DNA of 64,000 nt from Burkholderiaceae bacterium (GTDB lineage: Bacteria; Pseudomonadota; Gammaproteobacteria; Burkholderiales; Burkholderiaceae_D), in assembly GCA_039936235.1 (NCBI GenBank), contig JBDTIS010000141.1, positions 1,395 to 65,394 of the forward strand, in the 5' to 3' direction. Shown piece after piece: positions 18,098 to 28,272 of this stretch. Below the pieces are notes generated by a model. That model was not told where the DNA came from. It saw only the letters and a list, made by a program, of their open reading frames with translations, and searched no databases. Within the stretch, counting starts at the first letter, position 1. Each line of letters begins with the position of its first letter. Made by a program: the position numbers and the translations under genes.

Positions 18098-21000
18098 ATG
18101 ACCGACCTATCCGTCCCGAAGACGCTCGCCGATCGCGACGCCGCCTGGCGTCCCGTCAACAAGGTGCGCTTCGTCACGGCCGCCTCGCTGTTCGACGGCC
18201 ACGATGCATCGATCAACATCATGCGTCGCATCCTGCAGTCCAGCGGCTGCGAAGTGATCCACCTCGGCCACAACCGCTCGGTCGACGAGGTCGTCACCTG
18301 CGCGCTGCAGGAAGACGTGCAGGGCATCGCGATGTCGAGCTATCAAGGCGGGCACGTCGAGTACTTCAAGTACATGATCGACCTGCTGAAGGAGCGCGGC
18401 GGCGCGCACATCAAGGTATTCGCGGGTGGGGGCGGCGTGATCGTCGGGTCGGAGATCCGCGAACTGCAGGCCTACGGGGTCGAGCGGATCTACAGCCCGG
18501 AGGACGGGCAGCGGATGGGGCTCGCCGGGATGATCCGCGACATGATCGAGCGGTGCGACGTGGATCTGTCGGTGTTCGCGCCGACGACGCTGGATGGTAT
18601 TCGCGGCGGGGATCGACGTCAGTTGGCGCAGCTGATCACGGCGCTGGAGAACCGTCGCGGCTCGAGCCCGGATCAGCGCTTCACGGCGCTTCGTGCCGAG
18701 TTGTATCGAGGCGCCGACGCCACCACCATCCCTTCCCTCGGCATCACCGGCACCGGCGGCGCCGGCAAGTCGTCGCTGACAGACGAACTGATCCGCCGCA
18801 TCCGCCTCGACCAGGACGACGCGCTCGACATCGCGATCATCTCGATCGACCCGTCGCGTCGCAAGTCCGGCGGTGCGCTGCTCGGCGACCGCATCCGGAT
18901 GAACGCGATCGGGCCGTGGAGACGCGCGGACGGTACGGCCAGGACCTCGGTCTTCATGCGCTCGCTCGCGACGCGCGAGGCTGGCCAGGAGATCTCCGAC
19001 GCGCTGCCCGACGTGATTGCGGCCTGCAAGGTCGCAGGCTTCGACCTGATCGTCGTCGAGACCTCCGGCATCGGCCAGGGCGACGCGGCGATCGTGCCGC
19101 TGGTCGACGTGAGCCTGTACGTGATGACCCCGGAGTTCGGCGCCGCCAGCCAGCTCGAGAAGATCGACATGCTCGACTTCGCCGATTTCGTGGCGATCAA
19201 CAAGTTCGACCGCAAGGGCGCCGCCGACGCGCTGCGCGACGTCGCCAAGCAGGTTCAGCGCAACAAGGAAATGTGGACGACGAAGCCCGAAGAGATGCCG
19301 GTCTACGGCACGCAGGCTTCGAAGTTCAACGACGACGGCGTGACGGCTTTGTACCAGGGACTGCTGCCGAAACTCGCCGGGTTCGGATTGAAGACGGTCG
19401 ACGGCAAGCTGCCGAAGGTCGGCACGCACCAGTCGACGGCGACGAACGTGATCGTGCCGCCTGCGCGCGCGCGCTATCTCGCGGAGATCGCGGATACGGT
19501 GCGCGGATATCTCGCGCGCTCGATCGACCAGAGCCGTGTGGCACGGGAAGTGCAGCAGTTGCGGGCGGCGGCGATGATGTTGGCGGAGTGCGCCACCGCA
19601 CACAGCACTGACATCGGCGCGTTGACGTCCCTGGCCGACGACCGCCATGCCTTCCTGGGCCCCACCGAGAAGAAGCTCCTGGCGATGTGGCCCGCGATGC
19701 AGAAGGCCTACGCCGGCGACGAGTACGTCGTGAAGATCCGCGACAAGGAACTGCGCATCGCGCTCACCACGAAGTCCCTCTCCGGCACCACGATCCGCAA
19801 GGTCGCGCTGCCGAAGTACGAGGATCACGGCGAAACGCTGAAGTGGCTGCTGCGCGAGAACGTGCCGGGCTCCTTCCCGTTCACCGCCGGCACGTTCGCG
19901 TTCAAGCGCGAAGGCGAGGATCCGACGCGGATGTTCGCCGGCGAAGGCGATCCGTTCCGCACCAACAAGCGCTTTCGCATCCTGTCCGAAGGGATGCCTG
20001 CGAAGCGGCTGTCGACCGCGTTCGACAGCGTCACGCTGTACGGCCACGAGCCGGACCTGCGACCCGACATCTACGGCAAGGTCGGCAACTCCGGCGTGTC
20101 GATCGCGACCCTCGACGACATGAAGGTGCTGTATTCGGGCTTCGACCTGACGAGCCCGGTGACGTCGGTGTCGATGACGATCAACGGCCCCGCGCCGTCG
20201 ATCCTCGCGATGTTCATGAACACCGCGATCGATCAGAACCTCGACAAGTTCAGGGCCGAGAATGCACGGGAACCCACGGACGACGAAACCCGGAAGATCC
20301 GCGCATGGGTTCTGGAGAACGTCCGCGGCACCGTACAGGCCGACATCCTGAAGGAAGACCAGGGACAGAACACCTGCATCTTCTCGACCGAGTTCAGCCT
20401 CAAGGTGATGGGCGACATCGCGCAGTATTTCGTGCAGCACCGCGTCCGCAACTTCTATTCAGTATCGATCAGCGGTTATCACATCGCCGAGGCTGGCGCG
20501 AACCCGATCAGCCAGCTCGCGTTCACGCTGTCGAACGGCTTCACGTTCGTCGAAGCCTCTCTGGCGCGCGGGATGCACATCGACGACTTCGCGCAGAACC
20601 TGTCGTTCTTCTTCAGCAACGGCATGGACCCCGAGTACACCGTGATGGGCCGCGTCGCGCGCCGCATCTGGGCCATCGCGATGCGCGACAAGTACGGCGC
20701 GAACGATCGCAGCCAGAAGCTGAAGTACCACATCCAGACCTCGGGTCGATCGCTGCACGCGCAGGAGATCCAGTTCAACGACATCCGCACGACGCTGCAG
20801 GCGCTGATCGCCGTCTACGACAATTGCAACAGCCTGCACACGAACGCATTCGACGAGGCGATCACGACGCCGACCGAAGACAGCGTGCGTCGCGCGATGG
20901 CGATCCAGCTGATCATCAATCGCGAATGGGGCCTGGCGAAAAACGAGAACCCGAACCAGGGCGCGTTCATCATCGATGAACTGACCGACCTGGTCGAAGA

Positions 21001-21424
21001 AGCGGTGCTGGTCGAGTTCGAGCGCATCGCCGAACGCGGCGGCGTGCTCGGCGCGATGGAGACCGGCTACCAGCGCGGAAAGATCCAGGAAGAGTCGATG
21101 CACTACGAGATGTTGAAGCACACCGGCGAGCTGCCGATCATCGGCGTCAACACGTTCCGCAACCCGCACGGCGACGCGCATCTCGACAAGGTCGAGCTGA
21201 TGCGATCCACGGACGAGGAGAAGCAGTCTCAACTCAAGCGCCTCGCCGACTTCCACGCGGCGCATGCAGCCGAGTCACCCGCGATGCTGACGAAGCTTCA
21301 GCAGGCGGTGATCGACAACAGGAACGTGTTCGAGGTGCTGATCGACGCGGTACGGGTCTGTTCGCTGGGGCAGATCACGAACGCGCTTTTCGAAGTCGGC
21401 GGGCAGTACCGACGGAGCATGTAG
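18098..21424 (+). CDS. icmF: Fused isobutyryl-CoA mutase (B12-binding domain + MeaB-like GTPase + mutase catalytic domain)
   Basis: The start is ATG 18098, preceded by AGGAG. The B12-binding motif is [11 protein letters not shown]. The P-loop is [10 protein letters not shown], with NKFD downstream. The C-terminal domain is mutase-like ([20 protein letters not shown]). Confidence 0.92.
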   Translation: MTDLSVPKTLADRDAAWRPVNKVRFVTAASLFDGHDASINIMRRILQSSGCEVIHLGHNRSVDEVVTCALQEDVQGIAMSSYQGGHVEYFKYMIDLLKERGGAHIKVFAGGGGVIVGSEIRELQAYGVERIYSPEDGQRMGLAGMIRDMIERCDVDLSVFAPTTLDGIRGGDRRQLAQLITALENRRGSSPDQRFTALRAELYRGADATTIPSLGITGTGGAGKSSLTDELIRRIRLDQDDALDIAIISIDPSRRKSGGALLGDRIRMNAIGPWRRADGTARTSVFMRSLATREAGQEISDALPDVIAACKVAGFDLIVVETSGIGQGDAAIVPLVDVSLYVMTPEFGAASQLEKIDMLDFADFVAINKFDRKGAADALRDVAKQVQRNKEMWTTKPEEMPVYGTQASKFNDDGVTALYQGLLPKLAGFGLKTVDGKLPKVGTHQSTATNVIVPPARARYLAEIADTVRGYLARSIDQSRVAREVQQLRAAAMMLAECATAHSTDIGALTSLADDRHAFLGPTEKKLLAMWPAMQKAYAGDEYVVKIRDKELRIALTTKSLSGTTIRKVALPKYEDHGETLKWLLRENVPGSFPFTAGTFAFKREGEDPTRMFAGEGDPFRTNKRFRILSEGMPAKRLSTAFDSVTLYGHEPDLRPDIYGKVGNSGVSIATLDDMKVLYSGFDLTSPVTSVSMTINGPAPSILAMFMNTAIDQNLDKFRAENAREPTDDETRKIRAWVLENVRGTVQADILKEDQGQNTCIFSTEFSLKVMGDIAQYFVQHRVRNFYSVSISGYHIAEAGANPISQLAFTLSNGFTFVEASLARGMHIDDFAQNLSFFFSNGMDPEYTVMGRVARRIWAIAMRDKYGANDRSQKLKYHIQTSGRSLHAQEIQFNDIRTTLQALIAVYDNCNSLHTNAFDEAITTPTEDSVRRAMAIQLIINREWGLAKNENPNQGAFIIDELTDLVEEAVLVEFERIAERGGVLGAMETGYQRGKIQEESMHYEMLKHTGELPIIGVNTFRNPHGDAHLDKVELMRSTDEEKQSQLKRLADFHAAHAAESPAMLTKLQQAVIDNRNVFEVLIDAVRVCSLGQITNALFEVGGQYRRSM

Positions 21425-21472
21425 CCGGCGACGGACTGCGAGGAGCCGCCATGCGTCGCCCGGATCTTCCAG

Positions 21473-21853
21473 TCAGGTGCCCGGCGCACGCAGCCGCAAT
21501 TTCCGACCGACGGCGATGTGGCTCGGATCGCTCAGGTCGTTCCACTTCGCGAGGTCTGTCACCTTCACCTTGTTCTCCCGAGCGATCCTGTAGAGCGTCT
21601 CGCCTCTGGCGACGACATGCGTATGGCCTGCAGTCTTGGGCCTTTCCATCGCAGCGGCCGACGGCGGCGCGGTCACGGCGGGCGGTTCGGCCGGCGGTGG
21701 TGCCGCGGGCTCGACGACCGGGGGCGGGGGCGCGGGTGCGGGAACCGGCGCTGGCTGTTCGATCGGCGCCGGAATCGGCTTGGGCGCGTTGTCGCTCTTG
21801 CCGCAGCCGGCCAGGGCGATTACGGCGATCACCGGGGGGATCCATGCCTTCAT
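21473..21853 (-). CDS. LysM-domain lipoprotein with Pro/Ala-rich linker
   Basis: The lipobox is IALAGC. A P/A-rich spacer follows, then a LysM domain (HVVARGETLYRIARENKVKVTDLAKWNDL). Confidence 0.85.
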   Translation of the reverse strand: MKAWIPPVIAVIALAGCGKSDNAPKPIPAPIEQPAPVPAPAPPPPVVEPAAPPPAEPPAVTAPPSAAAMERPKTAGHTHVVARGETLYRIARENKVKVTDLAKWNDLSDPSHIAVGRKLRLRAPGT

Positions 21854-22046
21854 GATTGGGCCTCTGTACGTTGGTGTTTCGTTTGGACGGGCAGCCAGTC
21901 TGACGTCGACCGTCGAGTGTGGTCCTCCGAACGCTCACGTCAATGCGCGCTCGGCAGTCGCCACGCTACACCGACTGCTGCCTTGGTCGTTTCCCGGACA
22001 TCGCGGACCCTGACGCGAGGCGCGTCGCAATGGGGCGCTGGCGCCA

Positions 22047-23390
22047 TCAGCGTGTCGCCGCCTTCGTCGCCCCGGAAACACGCCATACCGTGTTGCCGAC
22101 GTCGTCCGCAATCAGCAACGCACCGGCCTTGTCGACGGCGACGCCGACAGGGCGGCCGTGCGCGTGCTTCTCGTCCGCTGTCAGGAAACCGGTCACGACG
22201 TCCTGCGGCGTTCCCGACGGTTTGCCATCGCGAAACGGCACGAAGACCACCTTGTAGCCGGAGACCGGCGAGCGGTCCCAACTGCCGTGCTCTCCGACGA
22301 ACATGCCGCCGCGATACACCGCGGGCAGGCCGGCTGCGTCGTACCACGTGACGCCGAGCGGTGCGACGTGCGACCCGAGCGCGTAGTCGGGCTTGATGGC
22401 CGTCGCGACGAGGTCGGGGCGCTGCGGCTTGACCCGCGGATCGAGGTGCTGACCGTAGTAGCTGTACGGCCAGCCGTAGAACGCACCCTCCGTAACGCTG
22501 GTCAGGTAGTCCGGTACCAGATCCGGACCGAGTTCATCGCGCTCGTTGACCACCGCCCAAAGCTTGCCCGTGGTCGGCTCGAACGTGAGGCTGGTGGGAT
22601 TGCGCGTGCCGCTCGCGAAGATCCGTGACGCGCCGGTCTGGCGATCGATCTGCCAGATCGCCGCGCGGAGGTACTCGGCCGGCATGCCGTTCTCCGTGAT
22701 GTTGCTGTTCGATCCCACGCCGACATACAACTTGCTGCCGTCCGCACTCGCCACCATCGACTTCGTCCAGTGATGGTCGATCGGTCCGCCCGGCAACTCG
22801 GTCAGCCTGGTGCCGGGCGCGGTGATCGTCGTCTGCCCGCTCTGGTACGGATAGCGCATCACGGCATCCGTGTTCGCGACATAGAGGTCGTTGCCGACCA
22901 GCGCCACGCCGTATGGCGAATTCAGATCGGACAGGAAGATCGTGCGCAACGCCGGCTTGCCGTCGGCGCCGTAGCGCACCAGCGTGATCCGGTTGCCGCC
23001 CTTGCCGGTCGTGCCGCCCGCGGACTTCACCAGCCCGGCGATCTTGTCCTTCGGTCGAAAGATCGGTGCCTTAGGGCCGTTCGTCTCGACAATCAGCACA
23101 TCGCCGTTCGGCAGCACGTAGACGAAACGCGGATGAAGAAGATCGGTCGCGATCGCATCGACCTGCAGGCCAGCCAGCACTTGCGGAACCTCGCCCTGCT
23201 TCCAGCCGATGGCCGAAGGCACATCCATCGGCGGGACCAGGTACGCCTGTGGCTCGGGTAGCCGCGGGTCGGCGCCGATCTGCAGCTTGGGATCGATGGT
23301 CGAGCGATCGCCGCAGGCCGCGGTCGTGACGGCGATCATCATCGACACGGCGATCGTCGATCGGCGGTACAGGAAGGAGCAGGAGCGCAT
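22047..23390 (-). CDS. PQQ-dependent sugar (sorbosone-type) dehydrogenase family lipoprotein
   Basis: I use ATG 23390; the track ORF is over-extended. The lipobox-like sequence is VTTAAC. Propeller-type motifs include NSPYGVAL, GTRNPTSLTF, VNERDELG and GWPYSYYG. Confidence 0.85.
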   Translation of the reverse strand: MRSCSFLYRRSTIAVSMMIAVTTAACGDRSTIDPKLQIGADPRLPEPQAYLVPPMDVPSAIGWKQGEVPQVLAGLQVDAIATDLLHPRFVYVLPNGDVLIVETNGPKAPIFRPKDKIAGLVKSAGGTTGKGGNRITLVRYGADGKPALRTIFLSDLNSPYGVALVGNDLYVANTDAVMRYPYQSGQTTITAPGTRLTELPGGPIDHHWTKSMVASADGSKLYVGVGSNSNITENGMPAEYLRAAIWQIDRQTGASRIFASGTRNPTSLTFEPTTGKLWAVVNERDELGPDLVPDYLTSVTEGAFYGWPYSYYGQHLDPRVKPQRPDLVATAIKPDYALGSHVAPLGVTWYDAAGLPAVYRGGMFVGEHGSWDRSPVSGYKVVFVPFRDGKPSGTPQDVVTGFLTADEKHAHGRPVGVAVDKAGALLIADDVGNTVWRVSGATKAATR

Positions 23391-23842
23391 CACAGCGGCG
23401 TCTTTCGGGTGCGGGAACGGGTATGGGCGCGGCCGACGATCGCGGTCAGCACAAGGAGAGCGACGGCCACGGCAGACAGCGTGATCCCTCCGGGCACCAC
23501 GGCCTGGTAAGCGTCGCGACTGTGGACGAAGGCGTTGAAGATCGAGACGACGACCACCGCTGCGAAGCCGATCAGGTACGGCCACACGTTGCCTAGCATC
23601 CCGAGCCGGTGATGCGCCACACGATCGATGAAGCCGACCAGGGCGGCCACGCCTGCCACGATCAATCCGATCGTGATCAACCATACCGAGAACGTGACCC
23701 ACATCGCGTTGGGGGCTTCTGCGTAAACGATGTCGGTGAACAGCGCGCCGACGAAGCAGGAGGCAGCGAATCCGCCAACCCATTTGAAAGGCAGATCGTT
23801 GCCGACGGGCGCGATGACCAATCGATTCGTAGTGCTCGCCAC
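23390..23842 (-). CDS. Small 4-TM membrane protein (DUF2231-like?) coupled to the dehydrogenase
   Basis: I propose GTG 23842 with GAAAGG upstream. The ~150-aa protein is mostly hydrophobic. Its stop overlaps the dehydrogenase ATG as TGATG. The family assignment is tentative. Confidence 0.55.
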   Translation of the reverse strand: MASTTNRLVIAPVGNDLPFKWVGGFAASCFVGALFTDIVYAEAPNAMWVTFSVWLITIGLIVAGVAALVGFIDRVAHHRLGMLGNVWPYLIGFAAVVVVSIFNAFVHSRDAYQAVVPGGITLSAVAVALLVLTAIVGRAHTRSRTRKTPL

Positions 23843-24121
23843 GGAATGCCTTTCGAGCAAGGAGGATCGGCGCGCATCCGACCATCCGGAAAGGCCGGGT
23901 CGGGGCTCGCCGCAGCGTCGCCGCGCATGGTTCGCCGCGGTTTGCCGAGAGGTATCTATCCTAGCCCGCAGCGTGTGTCGCCGGATCGGATCGCGCCCTA
24001 GAAGAGGTTCGGCGCGTCGGCTTTCGGAGGTCATCATCGACGATCACATCCGGCCCGGTTGCGAAGGCAGGTGCAGCGTGACGTATCGTTCCGGATCCTG
24101 CCGACCTGACCGATCGCGCCC

Positions 24122-25246
24122 ATGCCCACCTCTCCCGTCCGTCCGCTGCCGCAAGTCGGTGATCCCGTCGCCTCGATCGATACGCCAGCTCTCGTGGTCG
24201 ATCTCGACGCGATGGATCGCAACATCGCCGCGATGGCCGCATTCGCGCGTGCGAACGGCGTTCGCCTGCGGCCGCACGCGAAGATGCACAAGAGTGCTTT
24301 CGTCGCCGCCAGGCAGATCGCCGCAGGTGCCGTCGGCGTCTGCGTGCAGAAGACGTCGGAAGCCGAAGCGCTCGCCGACGTCGGCGTGGACGACATCTAC
24401 ATCAGCAACGAGGTCATCGCCCCCGCCAAGCTCGCCCGTGTGGCCGCGCTGGCGAAGCGCGTGACGATGGCGATCGCGGTCGACTCGCTGCCCGGCATCG
24501 ACCGGCTCGCCGCAGCGATGCGATCGGCCGGTGCGACGATCGACGTGTTCGTCGAGATCGACGTCGGCCAGGAGCGTTGCGGCGTGCCTCCTGGACGGGC
24601 AGGCGAACTCGCTCGCCGTATCGTGTCGCACGGACTGCGTTTCGCCGGGCTGCAGGCCTATCACGGCGGCGCGCAACACCTGAGGACCTTCGATCGACGA
24701 AAGGCTGCCATCGCCGCTGCGATCACCGCGGTCCGCACGGCCCAGGCCAGCCTCGCCGCCGAAGGAATCGCGTGTCCGCTGGTCACCGGCGCGGGCAGCG
24801 GCACCTTCGCGCTAGAGACCGCGAGCGGCGTGTGGGGCGAGCTGCAATGCGGCAGTTACGTCTTCCTCGATCGCGACTACGCGGACAACGAGTCGACGCC
24901 TGGCGCACCGGCTTTCGAGCACGCGCTCTTCGTCAAGAGCCAGGTGATCAGCCGCGACGACACGCACGCGGTCGTCGACGCGGGGCACAAGAGCCACGCG
25001 ATCGATTCGGGATTGCCGACCGTATGGGGGCACGACCTGACGTTCACGAACGGCGGCGACGAACACGGCATCGTCCATGCGCGCGGTGATGCAGTACCGG
25101 CGCTCGGCGAGACGGTGTGGCTGGTACCGGGACATTGCGATCCGACCGTGAACCTGCACGACCGCTGCGTCGGGGTACGCGGCGGACTGGAGGGTGGTGC
25201 GGTCGAAACCGTGTGGGCGGTGGATGCCCGAGGATGCGTGACCTGA
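24122..25246 (+). CDS. DSD1-family PLP enzyme (D-threonine aldolase / D-serine dehydratase-like, alanine-racemase N-fold)
   Basis: Supporting sequence includes DTPALVVDLDAMDRNI and RPHAKMHKS (PLP Lys context). The C-terminal motif is GHCDPTVNLHD. Confidence 0.85.
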   Translation: MPTSPVRPLPQVGDPVASIDTPALVVDLDAMDRNIAAMAAFARANGVRLRPHAKMHKSAFVAARQIAAGAVGVCVQKTSEAEALADVGVDDIYISNEVIAPAKLARVAALAKRVTMAIAVDSLPGIDRLAAAMRSAGATIDVFVEIDVGQERCGVPPGRAGELARRIVSHGLRFAGLQAYHGGAQHLRTFDRRKAAIAAAITAVRTAQASLAAEGIACPLVTGAGSGTFALETASGVWGELQCGSYVFLDRDYADNESTPGAPAFEHALFVKSQVISRDDTHAVVDAGHKSHAIDSGLPTVWGHDLTFTNGGDEHGIVHARGDAVPALGETVWLVPGHCDPTVNLHDRCVGVRGGLEGGAVETVWAVDARGCVT

Positions 25247-25331
25247 TCGTGCGCGAGGCGTCGTCGAAGCGATGCCTCGGCGTCGCTGGTGATGTCGGCG
25301 ACGGCCCGAATTCGGTTGCTAGAATCTGCCG

Positions 25332-25958
25332 ATGAAAATCGATTTCGTCTCGGACGTGACGTGCCCGTGGTGCGCCATCGGACTTAACGCCCTCGAACAG
25401 GCCCTTGCGCGACTCGACGGCACCGTGCAGGCCGACATCCGCTTCCAGCCGTTCGAACTCAATCCGCAGATGCCGCCCGAAGGGGAAGAGATCGTCGAAC
25501 ATCTGACGCGCAAGTACGGCCTGACGGCGGCAGACGTGGAGCGCAACAGCGAAGCGATCCGTCTGCGCGGCGCGTCGGTCGGATTCGTCTTCGGACAGGG
25601 CAAGCGCCGCCGCACCTACAACACGTTCGATGCGCATCGGCTGCTGTTCTGGGTGGGCATCGAGGGAAGCCAGCGCGCGTTGAAGCACGCGCTGCTGAAA
25701 GCCTATTTCACCGACGGCGAGGATCCGAGCAATCACGCGGTCCTGATCCGCGTGGCAGGCGAGGTCGGCCTCGATCCGTCGGTCGCGAAGGCCATCCTCG
25801 AGTCCGATCGCCATGCAGCCGAGGTGCGCGAGCGCGAGCGTTTCTACCAGGCGCTCGGCATCCAGTCGGTGCCGTCGGTCATCGTCGACGACCGACACCT
25901 GATCCAGGGTGGCCAGCCGGTGGAAGAATTCGAGCGCCTGTTGCGTCAGGTGGCCTGA
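25332..25958 (+). CDS. DsbA-family oxidoreductase (FrnE/HCCA-isomerase-like)
   Basis: The N-terminus is MKIDFVSDVTCPWCAIG, containing a CPWC motif. GIQSVPSVIV lies downstream. Confidence 0.85.
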   Translation: MKIDFVSDVTCPWCAIGLNALEQALARLDGTVQADIRFQPFELNPQMPPEGEEIVEHLTRKYGLTAADVERNSEAIRLRGASVGFVFGQGKRRRTYNTFDAHRLLFWVGIEGSQRALKHALLKAYFTDGEDPSNHAVLIRVAGEVGLDPSVAKAILESDRHAAEVRERERFYQALGIQSVPSVIVDDRHLIQGGQPVEEFERLLRQVA

Positions 25959-26058
25959 TGCGGCGACGCCGTGACGACGCAACGTGCCGTCGCGAAAGAC
26001 GAGCGCGGCGTGAGCGCCGAAACCGCAGGCGCTTCTTCGCGCCAATCCCTGCGGCTCG

Positions 26059-26490
26059 TTACAGCAGCAGGAGATTGTTCGGGGTCGCACCGACGACGGT
26101 GCTCATCGCGACCCGATGGTCCAGCGTGACGAGACAGCCGCCGTTGGCGACGGCCAACGCGAGCAGGTAGAGGTCGGTGATCTGGTTGTGACCCAGCACG
26201 CGGGACCAGTCGACCATGCCCGGCGTTCGCAACGAGACGTTGTCGGGCCAGAAGGCATGGTCCAGCCCGACGCAGATCTCGTGGAGTTTTCGCGCGACGA
26301 CCTGGAAGCCGACGGGGCCGAGGCGGCTGTAGCCCGGCAGGTTCAGGACGCGGACGACGCCGTTCTCCACTAGCGGGCAGGTGGCGATCCGGAGCTTGCG
26401 GCGCTCGATGAAGGCCAGCGCCTGCGGGTGGAAGACATGGGCCTCGTCCAGCAGCGCCACCCAGACGTTGACGTCCAGCAGGTGGCGCAC
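26059..26490 (-). CDS. vapC: PIN-domain toxin, VapC family
   Basis: The start is GTG 26490. Acidic PIN residues sit in the contexts LLDVNVW, ITDLYLLALA and VTLDHR. The gene lies 3 nt downstream of the antitoxin gene. Confidence 0.8.
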   Translation of the reverse strand: MRHLLDVNVWVALLDEAHVFHPQALAFIERRKLRIATCPLVENGVVRVLNLPGYSRLGPVGFQVVARKLHEICVGLDHAFWPDNVSLRTPGMVDWSRVLGHNQITDLYLLALAVANGGCLVTLDHRVAMSTVVGATPNNLLLL

Positions 26491-26493
26491 GAC

Positions 26494-26733
26494 CTAGAAG
26501 CCTTCCTGGTCCATCAGCGACCGGACGTGCTCGGGAGTGATCGTCTCAGGGCGGGCCGGCAACAGTGCGTATCGGGACGCGGGCTCTGCCAGCATCGCGC
26601 GCGGCCGTCCCTGCGCGACGATGCCCTGCCGCGCCAGCCGCGAGACGGCTTCGCCGATCGAGATGCGTTCGCGCTGCGCGTGCGCCTTCGCATAGGCGAA
26701 CACGTCATCGTCGAGAGCGAGGGTGGTGCGCAT
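26494..26733 (-). CDS. vapB: VapB-type antitoxin
   Basis: The protein is 79 aa and begins MRTTLALDDDVFAYAKAHA. It sits directly upstream of the PIN toxin. Confidence 0.7.
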   Translation of the reverse strand: MRTTLALDDDVFAYAKAHAQRERISIGEAVSRLARQGIVAQGRPRAMLAEPASRYALLPARPETITPEHVRSLMDQEGF

Positions 26734-26744
26734 GGCGGAACCAT

Positions 26745-26777
26745 AGCATCAATGCATCAGTTTCGCATCAGTGCATC
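26745..26777. promoter_or_regulatory. Four GCATC(A/C) direct repeats upstream of vapB (putative operator)
   Basis: GCATCA occurs at 26745, 26753 and 26764, and GCATCC at 26772. The spacing is 8/11/8 nt. The repeats lie 12-44 nt upstream of the vapB ATG. Confidence 0.35.
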
Positions 26778-26868
26778 CGGTCGCGGCCCGGCGGAGTACG
26801 CCATGCGCTCCCACATGCCGGCATGGATGACAACCTGATGCAGATCCCCTCACGCAAGGCAGCGGACC

Positions 26869-27123
26869 GTGTCTGAACCCACCATCGATGCCGCGACCTT
26901 CGACGCACTGAAGGACCTGCCCGGCGACGAATTCGTCGACGAGCTGGTCGGCTTTTTTTCTCGAAGAGGCGCCCGACATGATCGGGGATCTCCCCGCATC
27001 GCTGACGACCGGCGACGCGTTCGGCTTCCGTCGCGCCGCGCGCTCGCCGACGATCTGGCGACCGAGGTGATCGGGGCAGTCGTGTTTCCGGGCAAGACGA
27101 TCGCCCGTTCGAGCGCACGATGA
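26869..27123 (+). pseudogene. Decayed Hpt (histidine phosphotransfer) domain gene
   Basis: The GTG-started ORF begins IDAATFDALKDLPGDEFVDELVGFF, then loses similarity at a T7 run (26953-26959). Removing one T restores LEEAPDMIGDLPASLTTGDAFGFRRAARS. In that reading the usual phospho-His position is Arg, and a stop follows 10 codons later. Confidence 0.5.
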
Positions 27124-27138
27124 CGCGGCTGCGCAGCG

Positions 27139-27798
27139 TCAGTCGCGATCCGGCGCACCCAGCGGGAACAGCGGACGATACGGCCTCGCCTCGTCGACCG
27201 CACGCGCGTACGACGGCCGCGCCAGCAGGCGCCGTCGATAGGCGTGCACGTTCGTCCATGACGTGGCGATCGGATGCGTCCAGTCCGCATAGAACAACGC
27301 GGGCGCGGCTGCGCAGTCGGCGAGGCTGAAGCTGTTCCCCGACGCCCATTCGCGGTCGGCCATCCTGCCGTCCAGCCATCGATAGGCCGTGTCCAGCATC
27401 TGTCGCGCGTCATCGACGCCGAAGGGATCGCGCGATTCGGGAGGGCGGATGTGGTCGAACACGATCCTCTGCTGCGGCGTCGAGACGTAGTTGTCGAAGA
27501 AGCGATCCATCATCCGCACGTCGAGCGCGGCAGCCGCGTCGTCGGGAATCAGCCGCACCGTCCCCGGATGATGCAGTGCGAGATGCTCGATGACGATGGT
27601 CGCCTCGAACACAAGGCGACCTTCGTCGACGAGGATCGGGAAGCGCCGTAGCGGCCACAGCGCCGCGAACGCCGCCCCGATATCCGGCATGTCGGGAGAC
27701 AGCATCCGGAACTCGAACGGCGTGGCGTTCTCGTAGAGCGCGATCAGCGCCTTCTGGCAGTACGACGAGAACGGATGGGCATACAGCAGCAGCGCCAT
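27139..27798 (-). CDS. Glutathione S-transferase
   Basis: The 219-aa protein has an N-terminal thioredoxin-like GST fold (LLYAHPFSSYCQKALIAL, FPILVDEG) and a C-terminal helical domain. Confidence 0.88.
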   Translation of the reverse strand: MALLLYAHPFSSYCQKALIALYENATPFEFRMLSPDMPDIGAAFAALWPLRRFPILVDEGRLVFEATIVIEHLALHHPGTVRLIPDDAAAALDVRMMDRFFDNYVSTPQQRIVFDHIRPPESRDPFGVDDARQMLDTAYRWLDGRMADREWASGNSFSLADCAAAPALFYADWTHPIATSWTNVHAYRRRLLARPSYARAVDEARPYRPLFPLGAPDRD

Positions 27799-27804
27799 CT
27801 GCGG

Positions 27805-28272
27805 TCACCCGCCCATCTTCTGCATGCCCTCGATCAGCTGCTCGGGGGTGAAGTCGTGCTGGTGCGTGGCCATCGACCACTTGTGCCCGAACGGATCGAC
27901 CAGCATGCCGTAGCGATCGCCCCAGAACATGTCGGCGACCGGCATCACGACGGTCGCACCGGCCGCGACGGCTTTCGCGAACGCGGCGTCGACATCCTCG
28001 ACGTAGACGTGGATCGTGACGGAGCTACCCTTGAGCGCCAGCGGACCGAGGGCATCCCACTCCGGCATCTCGTCGACCAGCATCAGCACCGAGTCGCCGA
28101 TGCGCATACCGGCATGCATGATTTTGCCGGTCGGCATCACGAGCCGGGACAGTTCGACGGCGCCGAACGCGGCGGTGTAGAAGTCGATCGCGTTCGCGGC
28201 GCCGGCGCAGACCAGATGCGGCGTCAGCGAGTGCATGCCTTCGGGGATTGCCTTGACGGGAGTAGCGGACAT
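27805..28272 (-). CDS. VOC (glyoxalase/bleomycin-resistance fold, PhnB-like) protein
   Basis: AGGAGAA lies upstream of the start. Supporting sequence includes LTPHLVCAGAANAIDFY, FWGDRYGMLVDPFGHKW. Confidence 0.85.
   Translation of the reverse strand: MSATPVKAIPEGMHSLTPHLVCAGAANAIDFYTAAFGAVELSRLVMPTGKIMHAGMRIGDSVLMLVDEMPEWDALGPLALKGSSVTIHVYVEDVDAAFAKAVAAGATVVMPVADMFWGDRYGMLVDPFGHKWSMATHQHDFTPEQLIEGMQKMGG

Noticed and set aside
18107-20440. 777-aa minus-strand ORF, and the 526-aa plus-strand alternative frame (18031-19611), within icmF
   Set aside because: Both lack motifs and have shadow-ORF composition. The icmF frame shows B12-binding, P-loop and mutase signatures throughout.
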